Assembly: GCA_963737265.1 (NCBI GenBank)
Contig: CAVTRY010000013.1
Span: 384,001 to 448,000, forward strand
DNA: 64,000 bases
Direction: 5' to 3'
Source: an uncultured delta proteobacterium
Lineage (GTDB): Bacteria > Myxococcota_A > Polyangia > Fen-1088
The first letter of the stretch is position 1. Each line of letters starts with the position of its first letter. Positions 61,493 through 64,000 of the stretch are shown here, one piece after another. The notes under the pieces were generated by a model, which searched no databases, was not told where the DNA came from, and worked only from the letters and a program-made list of their open reading frames with translations. The translations under genes were made by a program, and so were the position numbers.

Positions 61493-63100
61493 CTATGTCG
61501 AGAGGCATGAATTCTCGTCGCCTTGGGACGGTCGGCTTTGGATCGCGTCGCCCAAGGGTAGCCTTACGACAAAAGTTGTTCCTTTTCCTTCGCTCGAGTC
61601 GAAATGCACGCTCCCGCCATGCAGGCGAACAACAGCAGAATGGACTTGTGCCAATCCCTGGCCACCGCCCTGACCCACTGGGCGTGTCGTGAAGAAGGGG
61701 TCGAACACTCTGCCGCGAATGGTCTCGGGGATACCGACGCCATCATCCACAACCCGTATTTCCACCACATTGTCAAGGGACTTGTGGAGCGTTTCTACGG
61801 TAATTTGTCCCTTTCTTCCCGAGCCGCCTACCTTTTCCGCAATGGCTTGGGCGGCATTGATGACCAGGTTAAGTACCACTTGTGCGATTTCACCGGCAAT
61901 GCAAGGAACAAGTGGCAAATCGGGGGCGAGCCGCATCGATACGTCGGCGAACCCGCTCCACGAACGTGTCGCCACGATGGTCGCGTTCTCCACGATGGAA
62001 GTCAGATCCACAAGCGCGCGCGATTGCCGCCCGACGTTCTCGAAGGTCTTCATCGCATGGACGATGCGCGCTATGTGTTCCAGGCCGTCGAGCCCTCTGA
62101 CGAGGGCACACTCAAGCGACTCGTGCAAGTAGGGGAGGTCGATATCCTCCTCCTGTCGGTGGATGGCTGCCACCGCCTCTGCGGACAATTGTCTTCCCAC
62201 ATCCAGAAGCTTGTGGAAGTCGTCGATCAAGGACAACAGCGATGGGATTGCATCGCGAGCGAACTTAAGGTTGTCGCCAATGTACTGCAACGGCGTATTG
62301 ATCTCGTGGGCGAGGCCGGCCGCCAACTGGCCGATCGCTTCGAGCTTTCGGCCGCGAGCCAGTTGCTCTTCGATGCCTTTTTCTCGGGTCACGTCCCGGA
62401 CAATACAAACTGCCTCGTCAACTCCGCTGCGCACGATGCGAATATCGTAGTCTCTGGGATCCGCCGCTTTATCGTACAGCCGGCAAGGCATCTGCACCGC
62501 CTCGTCCCGCTGCCCCGCAGTCTCGATGCATTCCATGACCCGGCTGCCGATGTCCGAGGCTCGGATGGCATCGAAGAGACTGTGGGAGAGGTTTCCATGC
62601 CCCGGGGAGGCGCTTCCCAACCTGTTCCCTTCTTTGACAGCGAGGAGGGTGCCATCCAACCGTACGCGCAAAATCGTGTCTGGGATCGCCTCGATCAACG
62701 CCCGCACCTGCGACTCGGCGCGCACCCGCTCATCGATATCCGCGAAGACAACGACCATGCGACTGGGCTGGCCATGGGCGTCTCTTCGAGCTGATCCGCG
62801 CATCTGTATCCAACGCCAGCCTAGGGTCCGATGGCGCATTCGGACTGTCTGAGAGAAAGGCCATGCCTCTTCCAGGTGATCGGCGATGGCCCTTTCCACT
62901 GCTGGGCGCTCGTCTGCGTGAATCAATTCCCGCCAGGTACTCGATGTAAGAACAAAGTCGGCTTCATCCCATCCGAGCAGGAAGCGCCAACGTTCGTTGT
63001 AGTGGGTACGATTACCCACAAGGTCCCAATCGACGACGCCGTCGTTGGTGGCCTCGTACAACAGGTCCAACAGATCTGCCTTTTCTTCGGGGATACCCAT
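61493..63100 (-). CDS. PAS-PAS sensor histidine kinase
   Basis: DGVVDWD PAS, GQLAAGLAHEINTP, DPFFTT. Confidence 0.9.
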   Translation of the reverse strand: MGIPEEKADLLDLLYEATNDGVVDWDLVGNRTHYNERWRFLLGWDEADFVLTSSTWRELIHADERPAVERAIADHLEEAWPFSQTVRMRHRTLGWRWIQMRGSARRDAHGQPSRMVVVFADIDERVRAESQVRALIEAIPDTILRVRLDGTLLAVKEGNRLGSASPGHGNLSHSLFDAIRASDIGSRVMECIETAGQRDEAVQMPCRLYDKAADPRDYDIRIVRSGVDEAVCIVRDVTREKGIEEQLARGRKLEAIGQLAAGLAHEINTPLQYIGDNLKFARDAIPSLLSLIDDFHKLLDVGRQLSAEAVAAIHRQEEDIDLPYLHESLECALVRGLDGLEHIARIVHAMKTFENVGRQSRALVDLTSIVENATIVATRSWSGFADVSMRLAPDLPLVPCIAGEIAQVVLNLVINAAQAIAEKVGGSGRKGQITVETLHKSLDNVVEIRVVDDGVGIPETIRGRVFDPFFTTRPVGQGGGQGLAQVHSAVVRLHGGSVHFDSSEGKGTTFVVRLPLGDAIQSRPSQGDENSCLST

Positions 63101-63487
63101 CTACACACCGGCTCCATCACCGTTCGTGCCTATGGCATGGCCTGTCGCATGGAGCGCGTTCACTGGCCAGTCAACCTTTCTCTGCTCAACGACCGCTAGC
63201 GCCAGAACGCCTCGGCGGCCTCGCTCTCGGACAGCGGAGGCCCGAATCTCTGATTATGTTGGGTGATCTCAGCGAGGAGCCCACCGGCGACAGTGTCGCG
63301 CGTCTTGCCTGGTGTTGTCAATGTGAAAGCGAGGCCTGGCGAGGCATGGGCGAGGCATGTGAAAACGAGGCATTCCGGATGAGATGACGCGCCCACATCT
63401 CAAGCTGCAGAGCGTACCGGTCGATAGAAAATGACGCCTGCTCCGACGGAAATGACCTCGATACGCAGCCAGAAAAGAGGAGACCAC

Positions 63488-64000
63488 GTGCCCGCTCAAC
63501 CTCTGTCCGGGGCAGTTCTCCGCCAGTCCATGTCCGCCAGGGTGGCCTTGACGGTTTCGGCTGCAGCGGCCGTCATCTTTCTGTTGGGTACTTTTCTTGC
63601 CTACTGGGGCAGCGAGGCGCCCTTTACGCAACGATTCGAAGCCGACTTGATCGCGCAGACGAATCTGGTTAGAGACGTCGTGGGCCGGTTCGACAACAAC
63701 AGCAAGAATTCGGCTACCCAGCTTATCGGTTTTCTCAAGGCCATGTTTCCGTCCGCCATCGCGGTGGAGCCGGGCAAGACCGTGAAGGTGGGTTCTGAGG
63801 TCACGCCCGTGCTCAAGTCCGGCGCGGTCGTGGTGAACAACAACTTCGCGCAGGTGGACGAGTTTACGCGCCGGAGCGGCGACAAGTCGGTGGCAACCAT
63901 ATTTGCCCGCCAGGACGACGAGTTTATCCGCATCAGCACATCGCTGAAGAAAGAAGACGGCGGCCGGGCAGTAGGCACGCGGCTCGACCACAGCCACCCG
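63488..64000 (+). CDS. Membrane sensor with Cache_3-Cache_2-like domain, probably a methyl-accepting chemotaxis protein (runs off window)
   Basis: Manual translation: TM helix, then NNNFAQVDEF...VATIFAR...FIRISTSLKKEDGGRAVGTRL; GAGG RBS before GTG. Confidence 0.82.
   Translation, partial: MPAQPLSGAVLRQSMSARVALTVSAAAAVIFLLGTFLAYWGSEAPFTQRFEADLIAQTNLVRDVVGRFDNNSKNSATQLIGFLKAMFPSAIAVEPGKTVKVGSEVTPVLKSGAVVVNNNFAQVDEFTRRSGDKSVATIFARQDDEFIRISTSLKKEDGGRAVGTRLDHSHP

Overview
GC-rich bacterial DNA that looks like Myxococcota/Polyangia (Gly/Ser/Thr-linker lipoprotein CAZymes, a MYXO-CTERM-like tail, a TonB-fused receptor). Left to right: (1) GH9 and GH16 lipoproteins, then a decayed AAA-ATPase/DUF4276-like pair beside tRNA-Pro(TGG). 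(2) An ExbB-ExbD-TonB-lipoprotein-receptor operon with a divergent FecCD/BtuCDF-type ABC importer. (3) Housekeeping genes. (4) A CAZyme block (CE4, CE2, two GH43) whose spacers hold mobile DNA: a 566-bp element with terminal inverted repeats and a perfect 9-bp target-site duplication carrying only a GxxExxY gene, CTAG-bounded MITEs sharing a core but not their ends, an IS91-like fragment and a group II intron 3' end. (5) A seven-gene operon with two FIST proteins, two histidine kinases and HDOD, HD and GGDEF regulators. (6) A TPP riboswitch-led thi operon with an in-frame thiG'-'thiH chimera. (7) Fusion-rich nitrate assimilation (CysG, NirB-NirD, NarK, Nas-diaphorase) and Moco genes. (8) A further kinase and a Cache-domain receptor. 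Several single-base frameshifts may be sequencing errors; several larger deletions look real. All calls come from motif recognition by eye; no database searches were run.
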